A DNA stretch of 52,957 bases, counting the filler, from a bacterium (GTDB lineage Bacteria; CLD3; SB21): assembly GCA_013360215.1 (NCBI GenBank). It is 4 parts of 4 records of this genome, joined end to end, with 100 filler letters (N's around TTAATTAATTAA, not from the genome) between each part and the next. Parts side by side here need not be neighbours in the genome. Positions count along the whole stretch, not along the records: positions 1 to 11,964 come from JABWCP010000047.1; positions 12,065 to 23,456 come from JABWCP010000048.1; 2 more parts are not named here. One strand, written 5' to 3'. Within the stretch, counting starts at the first letter, position 1. Each line of letters starts with the position of its first letter. Made by a program: the position numbers and the translations under genes. This document shows, in pieces, positions 9,775-18,944 of this stretch. The notes below the pieces were generated by a model. The model did not search any database, was not told where the DNA came from, and saw only the letters and a list, made by a program, of their open reading frames with translations.

Positions 9775-10260
9775 ATGAATCTCAGTAATTTAACGCCCGC
9801 CAAAGGCTCCCGCCGTAAAATGAAACGTATCGGTCGTGGTGAAGGCTCCGGCCACGGCGGCACATCCACACGCGGTAACAAAGGGCAAAAGTCGCGTTCC
9901 GGTCTTAACCGCCTTGCCGGTTTTGAAGGCGGACAGATGCCTTTGCAACGTCGTCTCCCTAAATATGGTTTTACCAATATTTTCCGTGTCGAATTTCAGA
10001 CTGTTAATTTGACCGATCTTGCCGAATTGGATAACAAACGCGTAGACGGCGCAACGTTGCAAGCGGCAGGCTTGATCAAAAAGAAAAGCGCTCCGGTAAA
10101 ACTTTTAGGAACCGGTGAAGTGACCAAAGCGTTTGAAGTCGAAGTGCATGCGATCAGTGCAACGGCAAAAGAAAAAATCGAAAAAGCCGGCGGCAAAGTG
10201 ACGGTGCTTGGCATCAAAAAAACAGTGTTGGAAAAACGCAAGAAAAAAGCGTCGAAATAG
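9775..10260 (+). CDS. rplO: 50S ribosomal protein L15
   Basis: RIGRGEGSGHG and GFEGGQMPLQRRLPKYGF motifs. Confidence 0.98.
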   Translation: MNLSNLTPAKGSRRKMKRIGRGEGSGHGGTSTRGNKGQKSRSGLNRLAGFEGGQMPLQRRLPKYGFTNIFRVEFQTVNLTDLAELDNKRVDGATLQAAGLIKKKSAPVKLLGTGEVTKAFEVEVHAISATAKEKIEKAGGKVTVLGIKKTVLEKRKKKASK

Positions 10261-10295
10261 CGGTTACTCTTACATAAGCCCAAGAGAATTTCACA

Positions 10296-11627
10296 ATGCT
10301 ACAAACATTTGCGAATGTATTTAAAATTCCGGAATTGCGGAAACGTATCCTCTTTACGCTCGGCGTTTTGCTGATTGAGCGTATTGCGGCGCACATTCCC
10401 GCGCCGGGTATTTATGCGGAAGCGCTCGGACAGTATTTCCGACAGGCGGAAAATACGCTGTTGAGTTTTTATGATTTATTTGCCGGCGGCGGGTTGTCCC
10501 AAGCGACCATCGCAGCGCTTGGCATCATGCCGTACATTAGTACATCCATTATCATCCAACTTCTCGGTACGACCGTGCCTTACCTTCAGCGTTTACAACG
10601 TGAAGGTGAAGAAGGCCGCAAAAAGATCAACCAGCTTACACGCTACGGTACGGTAGCGCTTGCCGCCGTTCAGGCGATCGGCGTTGCAACCTGGCTTTGC
10701 AGCCTCAGTGTAGTGATCGGCAGTCAGGAAGTCAAAGTAGTGCCGGATCAAGGGTTCACTTTTTATCTGATGACGATGGTCACCATGACTACATGTACGA
10801 TGTTTATCATGTGGCTCGGCGAGCAAATCACCGAACGCGGCATCGGAAACGGTATTTCATTGATTATTGCGATCGGTATTTTGGCACGATTCCCTACGGC
10901 GATTATTGACGAAATTACTCAGATTTCGACGGGCAACCGTAATATTATTCTCGAATTGATTTTGGTTACGATTTTACTCGGCATTGTTGCGGCGATTATT
11001 TTTATCACGCAAGGTATCCGTAAAATCCCGGTACAATATGCACGCCGCGTGATCGGTCGTAAGGTATATGGCGGTCAATCCACACATATCCCGATGCGTA
11101 TCAATATTGCGGGTGTTATGCCTATCATCTTTGCGCAGTCCATCATGTTTGTTCCGAATACGGTAGCCACTTTTTTCCCGGGCGATTTTTCGGAGTGGAT
11201 CACAGCGCATTTTTCGATTGATTCGATTACGTACAATTTGTTCTTTCTCATTTTAATTGTCATCTTCACGTATTTCTACACTGCGATTGCGATGAATCCT
11301 GTCGAAGTGGCGGATAATCTCAAGAAGCAAGGTGCGTTTATACCGGGTGTTCGTCCCGGCAAAAAAACGTCGGATTTTATTGATAATATCCTGACGCGCG
11401 TCACCCTTCCGAGTGCCATTTTCCTTGGTGTCATTGCGATATTGCCGTTTTTCGTACGCCATGCAACGGATGTGAGCTATAGCTTCGCGTCGTTTTTTGG
11501 CGGTACGTCGCTTTTGATCGTGGTGGGTGTCGGATTGGATACGATTCAGCAAATCGAATCGCATCTTGTCATGCGCCACTATGACGGTTTCCTTAAATCC
11601 GGTCGTATCCGCGGCCGTCGGGGATAA
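10296..11627 (+). CDS. secY: Preprotein translocase subunit SecY
   Basis: LGIMPYI, WLGEQITERGIGNGISL, FIPGVRPG and GGTSLLIVVGV motifs; multiple TM segments. Confidence 0.99.
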   Translation: MLQTFANVFKIPELRKRILFTLGVLLIERIAAHIPAPGIYAEALGQYFRQAENTLLSFYDLFAGGGLSQATIAALGIMPYISTSIIIQLLGTTVPYLQRLQREGEEGRKKINQLTRYGTVALAAVQAIGVATWLCSLSVVIGSQEVKVVPDQGFTFYLMTMVTMTTCTMFIMWLGEQITERGIGNGISLIIAIGILARFPTAIIDEITQISTGNRNIILELILVTILLGIVAAIIFITQGIRKIPVQYARRVIGRKVYGGQSTHIPMRINIAGVMPIIFAQSIMFVPNTVATFFPGDFSEWITAHFSIDSITYNLFFLILIVIFTYFYTAIAMNPVEVADNLKKQGAFIPGVRPGKKTSDFIDNILTRVTLPSAIFLGVIAILPFFVRHATDVSYSFASFFGGTSLLIVVGVGLDTIQQIESHLVMRHYDGFLKSGRIRGRRG

Positions 11628-11632
11628 TCTGA

Positions 11633-11964
11633 ATGATCCGGCTCAAGTCGGGTGCGGAGATTGATAAAATCCGCGAGAGTTGCCGCATTATCGTAGAAGC
11701 TATGATGGTAGCGGCCAAGATGGTGAAACCCGGATTGCGTTTGATGGATTTGGATGCGGCTATCGAATCGGCTATCAAATCGCGCGGCGGGAAACCGGCG
11801 TTCAAAGGTTATCATGGTTTTCCCAATAATGCTTGCCTTTCGACCGATGATATTGTTGTTCACGGTATAGCCAAACCCGGGGACGTACTGCAGGAAGGTC
11901 AGATACTCGGGGTGGATATCGGTGTTCTCAAAAACGGATTTTACGGTGATTCTGCCGTAACATT
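11633..11964 (+). CDS. map: Type I methionine aminopeptidase, 5' part (cut by contig end)
   Basis: PAFKGYHGFP..AC.S....VVHGI and DIGV..NGFYGDSA motifs; follows secY. Confidence 0.95.
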
Positions 11965-12064
11965 NNNNNNNNNNNNNNNNNNNNNNNNNNNNNNNNNNNN
12001 NNNNNNNNTTAATTAATTAANNNNNNNNNNNNNNNNNNNNNNNNNNNNNNNNNNNNNNNNNNNN
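11965..12064. other. Artificial contig linker
   Basis: N44-TTAATTAATTAA-N44 with stops in all six frames; same structure at three positions. Confidence 0.98.
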
Positions 12065-12147
12065 TACGATCGGTCCGGTGGTCGTCGAACATCTCCGTAA
12101 AATCACCAAACTTCCGCTGGATGTTCATCTTATGATCGTCGAACCCG
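12065..12147 (+). repeat. 83-bp direct repeat, left copy (internal rpe sequence)
   Basis: TACGATCGGTCCGG...ATCGTCGAACCCG is identical to 23374-23456. Confidence 0.97.
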
Positions 12148-12194
12148 AAAAATATATCACCGCATTTCGTGATGCCGACGTAGATTTTCTCTGA
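12065..12194 (+). pseudogene. rpe: Truncated ribulose-phosphate 3-epimerase remnant
   Basis: Reads [42 protein letters not shown] then TGA at 12192-12194, where Rpe normally continues with a GAD..(S/T).H motif. Confidence 0.8.
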
Positions 12195-12308
12195 TTCCAT
12201 CATTGAGATTTCGAAACAGAAGATGCGGGTATGCTGATTAAGAGAATATTCTCAAAGATTTCACTGCTTGCAAACAAATTTGTTCGCAGGTCAAGATAGA
12301 AATTTTAG

Positions 12309-12339
12309 AAAAAAGGCTGTGGAAAATTCCACAGCCTTT
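12309..12339 (-). terminator. Rho-independent terminator for the minus-strand gene cluster
   Basis: Minus strand AAAGGCTGTGGA-attt-TCCACAGCCTTTTTT, about 57 nt downstream of the stop at 12396. Confidence 0.85.
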
Positions 12340-12395
12340 GGTCATCATCACACGGAAGTCCACACCGGAGTTCCCGTGGTACTTTTTTTATCTAA

Positions 12396-14228
12396 CTATT
12401 TAAAAGCATTCTCACATAAAACTTCATAGGGATCCATCACCATGCCGCGTGAACTGCGATACAGCACGCCATATGAGTTTCCCGCATAATCTTGGGTAAA
12501 ATTCATATACTCTACAATACATTTTCCTTCTTCATTTTTGAAAATAACAGCGGCTTGTATGGTGCGGTTCAAAACGATACCCGTGATTTCATTTCTCTGG
12601 ACATACCAGGTTGGATCGGTTTGGATAACTCTGACGACATGGAAACCTTCTGATTTAAGAACGGCCGTCATATTTTGTTCAATCCCTTTATCAGCAGCCT
12701 TTGCTTTGGGTGGAAGTGCATTTTGAATTTTAGATTTCGCGAGAGCGCCTGATAAAGTTTTGTAATTATCCTGACCTTCGGAACAGTCAAGCTCAAACGT
12801 GCCCCATGCAACCTCCTGATCGTTTGCAAAAAGGCCAACTTTGATAGTGTGGTTTCTTGGTGACAATTCACTGAATAATTTTGCAAACTCTGCTGCCACT
12901 TCCGGCCTCTCTGTCTGCTGAGGATCGGGCGTCATTTCAACTTCTAATGTAGTTTCTTGCATCTTGGGATGATCCGACTTGACAATATATTCCCCAGTTT
13001 TGTTTGCCGTCCAAGGCGTTAAAATCCCACCTTCCGCAGGATCGACGTAAACCGCTATGGTAATTTTCGGGCTCATACTACCATATTTGGATAGTTCCTT
13101 GATTGTGCTCTTGAAATACGCCATGGCATAGATATTTTCTCCGGCTGTAAAGGAACTTTGAGCGGTCGCAGATGTTTCTTTTTTCAGCACGATACGTGTT
13201 TTTGAAAACACAATTTTACCACGATTAGTTTTATGAAAGTCGCTAGTGTATAAAACTGAACCCGGTTCTGCGTTGATTTTATCATACGCAGACTGTGCAT
13301 CCTTTCGCAGTTTTTGAATATTGATCTCATCTGGAGTTACCAAAAGCACCGCTTCCGCCATCAACACGGCAATTTCTGCCTCCTGGACAGCCGTTGAAAG
13401 CCCGGTCTTTCCTTTTGCTTTTTCTGCATAAGCCTTTTCAATGTGCGCATTCACATCAGCGATATAATATGTTTTCAGAAATACCTGAAATTTCGGCACA
13501 AATTCTTTGGTCAAAAATGTCACATACGTATCATTTCTAACCTCTTCATCCGTTACCTCTTTTTGAATCCGTCTTAGAATCGAAGGATAATTTAATTTTT
13601 TACATCTATCGTAAAATTCCTGCGCTTCCTCAAGCGTCAGATACGTTGCTTTTCCGTATTGGACCAATTCATCTCCGGTCATCCATGCTGTGTACAAGGC
13701 GTCGGACAGCCCCATATTGGCCTTGCCATCCTCCTCAAGCGACGAAAACTGCTTTTCAAAACCAGCCAGCCGTTTGGTATATGAAGTCAGATTTAAATCG
13801 GGGAATTTTATTTTCGTCTCATCGATTAGAGCCCGCGCCGATTCGATTTTTTCTTTTGCTTTTGAAGCCTGTTGATCAAATGTGGCGCTTGCCAGACGAT
13901 CCTTAAGTAAAGAAAGTTCATTTTCAATTAACTTCAAGCTACGTCCTATCTTCGCAGCAGCCAGAGAATCGTCGCTAATACCGGTTTGATTGTCATCTTT
14001 TTCCGGGTTACTCGACTGGACAGTTTCTACAGTTCCCGAAGCGCCTTTAACCTCTTTTACTACTTCCTTCGCATCTTTTTTTTTCTCCGGTTTCTTTTTT
14101 ATGGCGGCGCCTTCGATTTTCTTTTTGGATAATTGTAAAGACAAGACATGAACTCCGGCTCTTCTAAACACAGGTCTTTCTGCCGCTAAAAGCGAGCTTG
14201 TTAAACACAAGATGATGACCCATTTCAT
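12396..14228 (-). CDS. Hypothetical secreted protein (signal peptide, helical middle, beta-rich C-terminal domains)
   Basis: 610-aa ORF with MKWVIILCLTSSLLA signal peptide; no recognised catalytic motif. Confidence 0.85.
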   Translation of the reverse strand: MKWVIILCLTSSLLAAERPVFRRAGVHVLSLQLSKKKIEGAAIKKKPEKKKDAKEVVKEVKGASGTVETVQSSNPEKDDNQTGISDDSLAAAKIGRSLKLIENELSLLKDRLASATFDQQASKAKEKIESARALIDETKIKFPDLNLTSYTKRLAGFEKQFSSLEEDGKANMGLSDALYTAWMTGDELVQYGKATYLTLEEAQEFYDRCKKLNYPSILRRIQKEVTDEEVRNDTYVTFLTKEFVPKFQVFLKTYYIADVNAHIEKAYAEKAKGKTGLSTAVQEAEIAVLMAEAVLLVTPDEINIQKLRKDAQSAYDKINAEPGSVLYTSDFHKTNRGKIVFSKTRIVLKKETSATAQSSFTAGENIYAMAYFKSTIKELSKYGSMSPKITIAVYVDPAEGGILTPWTANKTGEYIVKSDHPKMQETTLEVEMTPDPQQTERPEVAAEFAKLFSELSPRNHTIKVGLFANDQEVAWGTFELDCSEGQDNYKTLSGALAKSKIQNALPPKAKAADKGIEQNMTAVLKSEGFHVVRVIQTDPTWYVQRNEITGIVLNRTIQAAVIFKNEEGKCIVEYMNFTQDYAGNSYGVLYRSSRGMVMDPYEVLCENAFK

Positions 14229-14269
14229 TTGACTTTTCCTTTCTATGGTGTTTTTAGATAAGAAACCGA

Positions 14270-14860
14270 TTAACGATATTGTGCGTAGAGCATTTCCAAT
14301 CTTACCAAAATAAGCGCAGGATCATTGGAGGGTATCCATATCGGATCCAATTCATGAATCACATCATTACAAGCGTTATAATTTCTCAGGTGAAACAAGC
14401 TATAAGCCTGATGAAGTTTGATATCTGATATGTTTATAGACTTGTCATGCGAAAAAATATACTCAGGATCCCTCCTTCTGACGAATTGCGAAGCTTCAAT
14501 GGCTTGGGTAAAATGATCCTGCCGCCACTTCACAAATACGCTGCCTGCGTAACCGTCCGTTAGCGAATCCGCAGCGACAGATTCAAAAAAGGCCTCAGCC
14601 TCGGGAAAACTATCCATTCGCAACGCCGTCCATCCGAGTCCAACAACGGCCTCTGGCCTTTCTATTTCACTAAAAAGCGCATAGGCTTCACTATATGCTC
14701 TCTTCTCATATTTTTCCCACGCCTCTTCCAACGGACTGATCGGATCCTCACAAGAAAGTATTAACATCAAAAGGATCAGGGCCATGATCGACATAAACGT
14801 TGTGAAGATTAGCCCATCGATGAATGCAGCTTTGTTTTTCGAATCGAAATGAAACGACAT
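14270..14860 (-). CDS. TPR-containing putative lipoprotein
   Basis: Hydrophobic stretch ending LILS-C; AWEKY...YSEAYALF and A..GLGW..LR....EA..FF TPR-like helices; exact start uncertain. Confidence 0.75.
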   Translation of the reverse strand: MSFHFDSKNKAAFIDGLIFTTFMSIMALILLMLILSCEDPISPLEEAWEKYEKRAYSEAYALFSEIERPEAVVGLGWTALRMDSFPEAEAFFESVAADSLTDGYAGSVFVKWRQDHFTQAIEASQFVRRRDPEYIFSHDKSINISDIKLHQAYSLFHLRNYNACNDVIHELDPIWIPSNDPALILVRLEMLYAQYR

Positions 14861-14878
14861 AAGTTTTTCCTTTTTATG

Positions 14879-17800
14879 CTATTTGATGAGTAGCATTTTT
14901 TTGGATATCGTACCCTTGCCGGTTTCCAATCGGTAAAGATAAATTCCACTGCTCACTGGCTCTCCCCGGTTGTTTTTTCCATCCCAAAAAACTTCATGAT
15001 ACCCTGCAGGTTTGTTCTCACTGATCAACGTGGTGATTGTTTGTCCCAGTATATTATATATGACGAGACGTGTTTTCCCGTCTTCAGGCAGACCAAACCG
15101 TATGGTCGTCGAAGGGTTGAATGGATTGGGATAGTTTTGAGTCAATTCGAGTTTTTGAGGTATGATTACTTCAACGGGATCATATACCAGTGCGTACAAA
15201 CCTGATCGATAGATTGTCGCTGCAATTTTTTCATGCTCTGTACTTACATTCATACCGGCATGGACGGATGAGATTTCCTGTATGGATAATTTTTGTGCGT
15301 CAAAACACCCAAACTCCTGCTGTATGAATTGTATGTCTTCCTTGTAATAATTCATCGCCAGCTTCAAGGACACGGCTTCGGTCATGATCACTTCTACCGA
15401 TCGTATATACCGCTTATCCGATTTTATTTCGCGGGATTCCTGAGTCGATAAAAACACATAACCGCCTGATCCGGTGTAATTTTTTAACTGCCTCAATTCA
15501 ACTGACGATGACGTTAGAGTCATCCATCGGTTTTTGGTCAACTCACCAACATCGTAATTTTTAGACACTTCTCCGCGATTCCCGGCAGAATCAGTTCCCG
15601 CAAAATTCAGAGAAAGCACTCCTGCCGATAACATCTTGTGGTCCGTTGAAAAAATCCGGGTACTTCCGGATACGGCCGTTGTTGCTTTATTTGAATTATT
15701 GACTCTAATAACTACAAATGAGAGTCCCTCGTTGCTGGTTCCGTAAATCTCCACCTGATCTTTCAAAATTGTACTTCTCAAAACTCCGATGGACAAGATC
15801 GGCGATATATTTTCGAGCCCAATACCCGACAACGGCAGGCGTATCGGGGAGCCCGCTCCATTATGGAAGATGTTCACTGTGTCGGTCAGAATACCCTCTA
15901 CAAGCGGTTTAAATCTGATAGTGAGTATGAGTGAATCGGAAGTAATCGTGACAGGAAGAACCCATGGAAGAATTTTAAAATGTGTCCCTTTCTCCAAAGA
16001 AATTGCGGTTACGGACACAGGACTCTGCGGCGCTTTGATCGTAACGGATGCAGATGAACTGTCTCCGATACGAGCATCGCTAAAACTGCCAATCGCTCCG
16101 GTTGAAAGAACTCGGTTTACTCCGGTGCCGGTGATATAAACATCCAGTTTCCTCACATCGTAGGTTGCGCGTATCGTATCAATGAAATTTCCGATAGCCG
16201 TAGGCTTAAACTTGATGAAACCTAACAGAGTATCAGGATGTAAAATATCCAGTGTATCGATGGACGGTCCGATAAATTGAAAGGGCGTACTATGCAAAAC
16301 TGAAAAACCCGAAATCAGACTGCCACCTTCCGAATAAAAACGTATCGGCAAAATCAGGCTGTCCCCGATATGAACATTTCCCATCGGAAAAAACGCATCC
16401 GGCGAATGATGTTTTGCAAATAAATCAGCCGTTGCCGTGACGTCGATCCGGTTTGAAAAAACGGACGAGTTCGCTGCACTGTCTTGTATCGCCGTAAACG
16501 TATGGCCAACGTGCACTTCGCCTGTATGAAAAGCCCAATCACCGGAAGGCGTGGCCGTGGTCGCACCAGCATAATATCTCGCCTGTGTCAGACCTGTACT
16601 ATCCCTGAAAACTTCGATTTTAGCATTAGGCGCCGACTTACCCCAGATTGTTCCTGAAGTCAGGCCACCCCAAATTCTGGGAGGTTGAATCCCTTTTTGA
16701 GAACCTGCATCTACTTTGAGGATACCGCCGTTGACATTTTTAAAAATTAAATTCTGACTCCAGCGGATGCTGTCTGATTCAGCATCTTCCAAATACATTC
16801 CGTAAAACCCGTTATACGCGATCGTGTTATTATTGACCGTAACACGGGAGCATCTAAAGTTTATTAAAACACCAGCTCCATCATTGCTTTGCGCACCGAT
16901 TCCGTTTGAGTCTGTACCTATTAAATTATTCTGAATCAAAACTCCCGATGACCGGTTTATCGTGATCCCATGCCCGCTACTTCCGCCTATGACGTTGTTG
17001 GTGAGTACAGTATTCTTAGACGAATCAATAAACACGCCTGTACCCCCGAAAGCGGCACTGCGAATAGCATTTCCATTTTTCCCAAGCCCTATATAATTGC
17101 CGGATACCCAATTGGTGTCAGAATGGGCGAAGAACCCAAGTTGAATATTGATGAGGCCTCCGACGATATAATTTCTACCATTCGGACTACCATTCCCGAT
17201 TCTATTATGCCTGCCGTAGATATTGATTCCTCGATCGAAACCATAAGAAGCCGTTCCGTTGATATCCGTTCCGATCAAATTGGATTCGATGATATTGGAG
17301 TCAGCGTTTAATGAAATGCCTGATCCCAGTGTAACTTGACCTGCAAATACGTTATTTCGAATGATCCCACCGGATCCGGATTGGAATAGGCCACTTGCGT
17401 TGGCTTTCAATGTCGTTCCGTCGGCAGCCAGGCCGATCACGTTGCAATTTAACGTAAAGTTTTTTCCTGAATTGACAATCGCAGAACTCATCATGCCCGT
17501 AAAATAATTAACGCCTGACGCTGTCCCGTCGCCGACGGTGAGGTTATCGGAGGAATTGGAAATTCCCGAATTCCCTGCAAACGAAGTACTTCCGTTGGCG
17601 CCTAATCCAAAATAATTTCCATAAATCATATTGTTTGCAGACGTGGATGTTATGTTGACTCCGTCCGTGCTTGCCCAAAAGATATTCCGCCCTCCGGGCG
17701 TTCCGTTACCGATTTGAGTAAATGATCCACCGGTTATCCCTATGCCAAAGCTCACATTGCCAGGAGCATTACCTGTGGAATCCGTACCAAAATAGTTTCC

Positions 17801-18796
17801 AAGAAAGCTACAGTGATGAGAAAACATCATATCAACTGCATTTGCAGCATATCCGAAAATATTTCGCCCGGCCGTTGTGCCATTACCAATCTGAGTATAA
17901 TTGCCGGGATCAATCGTAATTGCACCGAATGGCGGTTTAGCGGGTGTTTTTCCGTCCGGATAGAGGCCAAAAAAATTTCCGGCAACAAACGTGCTGTCTC
18001 CAATTAAATACACCGGTGTTGTATAAGAACCAATCACATTCCTTCCGGCGTAGGTTCCATCACCGATTTTGTTGGCATTCCCATATACGAACAAGGCCGA
18101 GTTACCATAAACGGTATCGATTATTGCAGCGTTTGCCGAATTGAAACCAAATTTGTTTCCGACGATCAGACTCCCCCTACCGGTATTTTCTGCAAAACCT
18201 GTTCCTAACCTGATGTCGGTGAACTGGCTTGCGGCAAAACGATTGCCGCGAATCGTATGATAACCAGCCGAAGCGTCATCAACCCCCATAAAATTCGTCA
18301 CAACATCGTCACCGGAAGTCACACCAAATTGGTTATTGAGGATAGATGCCCCGGATTGAAGCAGGAAGATGGCAATATTACATCCGGTAAAAATATTGGC
18401 AGAGATGATAACATTTGGCGCTTGTACACAGACTGCAAACCGAGCCGCTGTAAAATTAAAACGGGTTATCGTGGTGTTTGCTGCTTTTACGGTAAAAATC
18501 GTATCTAATGACGGTTGATCGGATGTAAGCGTTATCGCATATCCATACCCGTCTATAAAAACTTCATCCGTTATGGAGATCGCACCTGCAGTGAGTTTCA
18601 AAGTATCCCCAACCGCAAAAAGAATATTATCTGGTCCCGGGTTGATATTGGCCAGATAAACAGCTTTTCGCAGAGAACCGATCGAACCGGGTGCAAGACT
18701 ATCACCGAAATTGGTGACAAAAAACGTGTCGGCATAAATCCCAGAATGCCCGGCTACAAAAAGAATAAAAATGTACAGCCGCCCTAAACAATTCAT
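14879..18796 (-). CDS. Large secreted right-handed parallel beta-helix protein with Ig-like domains and C-terminal FlgD-Ig/T9SS-type sorting domain
   Basis: N-terminal VTNFGDS..GSLRKAV..AN..PGPD.I.F; repeated GN.(F/I)G...DG / IG.GT..GRN units; two F.P...G...DT Ig-like segments; C-terminal QNYPNPFNPSTTIRFGLP...WDGKN..G..VSSGIYLYRL...KMLLIK; ATG 18796 follows GGAGG. Confidence 0.9.
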   Translation of the reverse strand: MNCLGRLYIFILFVAGHSGIYADTFFVTNFGDSLAPGSIGSLRKAVYLANINPGPDNILFAVGDTLKLTAGAISITDEVFIDGYGYAITLTSDQPSLDTIFTVKAANTTITRFNFTAARFAVCVQAPNVIISANIFTGCNIAIFLLQSGASILNNQFGVTSGDDVVTNFMGVDDASAGYHTIRGNRFAASQFTDIRLGTGFAENTGRGSLIVGNKFGFNSANAAIIDTVYGNSALFVYGNANKIGDGTYAGRNVIGSYTTPVYLIGDSTFVAGNFFGLYPDGKTPAKPPFGAITIDPGNYTQIGNGTTAGRNIFGYAANAVDMMFSHHCSFLGNYFGTDSTGNAPGNVSFGIGITGGSFTQIGNGTPGGRNIFWASTDGVNITSTSANNMIYGNYFGLGANGSTSFAGNSGISNSSDNLTVGDGTASGVNYFTGMMSSAIVNSGKNFTLNCNVIGLAADGTTLKANASGLFQSGSGGIIRNNVFAGQVTLGSGISLNADSNIIESNLIGTDINGTASYGFDRGINIYGRHNRIGNGSPNGRNYIVGGLINIQLGFFAHSDTNWVSGNYIGLGKNGNAIRSAAFGGTGVFIDSSKNTVLTNNVIGGSSGHGITINRSSGVLIQNNLIGTDSNGIGAQSNDGAGVLINFRCSRVTVNNNTIAYNGFYGMYLEDAESDSIRWSQNLIFKNVNGGILKVDAGSQKGIQPPRIWGGLTSGTIWGKSAPNAKIEVFRDSTGLTQARYYAGATTATPSGDWAFHTGEVHVGHTFTAIQDSAANSSVFSNRIDVTATADLFAKHHSPDAFFPMGNVHIGDSLILPIRFYSEGGSLISGFSVLHSTPFQFIGPSIDTLDILHPDTLLGFIKFKPTAIGNFIDTIRATYDVRKLDVYITGTGVNRVLSTGAIGSFSDARIGDSSSASVTIKAPQSPVSVTAISLEKGTHFKILPWVLPVTITSDSLILTIRFKPLVEGILTDTVNIFHNGAGSPIRLPLSGIGLENISPILSIGVLRSTILKDQVEIYGTSNEGLSFVVIRVNNSNKATTAVSGSTRIFSTDHKMLSAGVLSLNFAGTDSAGNRGEVSKNYDVGELTKNRWMTLTSSSVELRQLKNYTGSGGYVFLSTQESREIKSDKRYIRSVEVIMTEAVSLKLAMNYYKEDIQFIQQEFGCFDAQKLSIQEISSVHAGMNVSTEHEKIAATIYRSGLYALVYDPVEVIIPQKLELTQNYPNPFNPSTTIRFGLPEDGKTRLVIYNILGQTITTLISENKPAGYHEVFWDGKNNRGEPVSSGIYLYRLETGKGTISKKMLLIK

Positions 18797-18944
18797 AACT
18801 TCCTCCACCTTGTGATGATATCAAACACATTCAAGGTAGATAGAAATCGAGATGAGCTCTAACAGCCAGCGTTCAAAAACTGACACTCTGGTTGCATCAT
18901 AGTGCAAACTGTTGTTTTATAAGAAAATTGTGGGGGCAGTAAGA

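Noticed and set aside
11628-11632. No adk between secY and map
   Set aside because: Normal arrangement in several phyla, including FCB lineages; only a taxonomic hint
12009-12020. Palindromic TTAATTAATTAA repeated at 12009, 23501 and 33002
   Set aside because: Artificial six-frame-stop linker embedded in Ns; ORF-track entries ending in X...LIN are artefacts
12192-12194. TGA in the rpe remnant as possible selenocysteine or readthrough
   Set aside because: A second in-frame TGA follows four codons later and clear Rpe similarity is lost; pseudogene remnant is simpler
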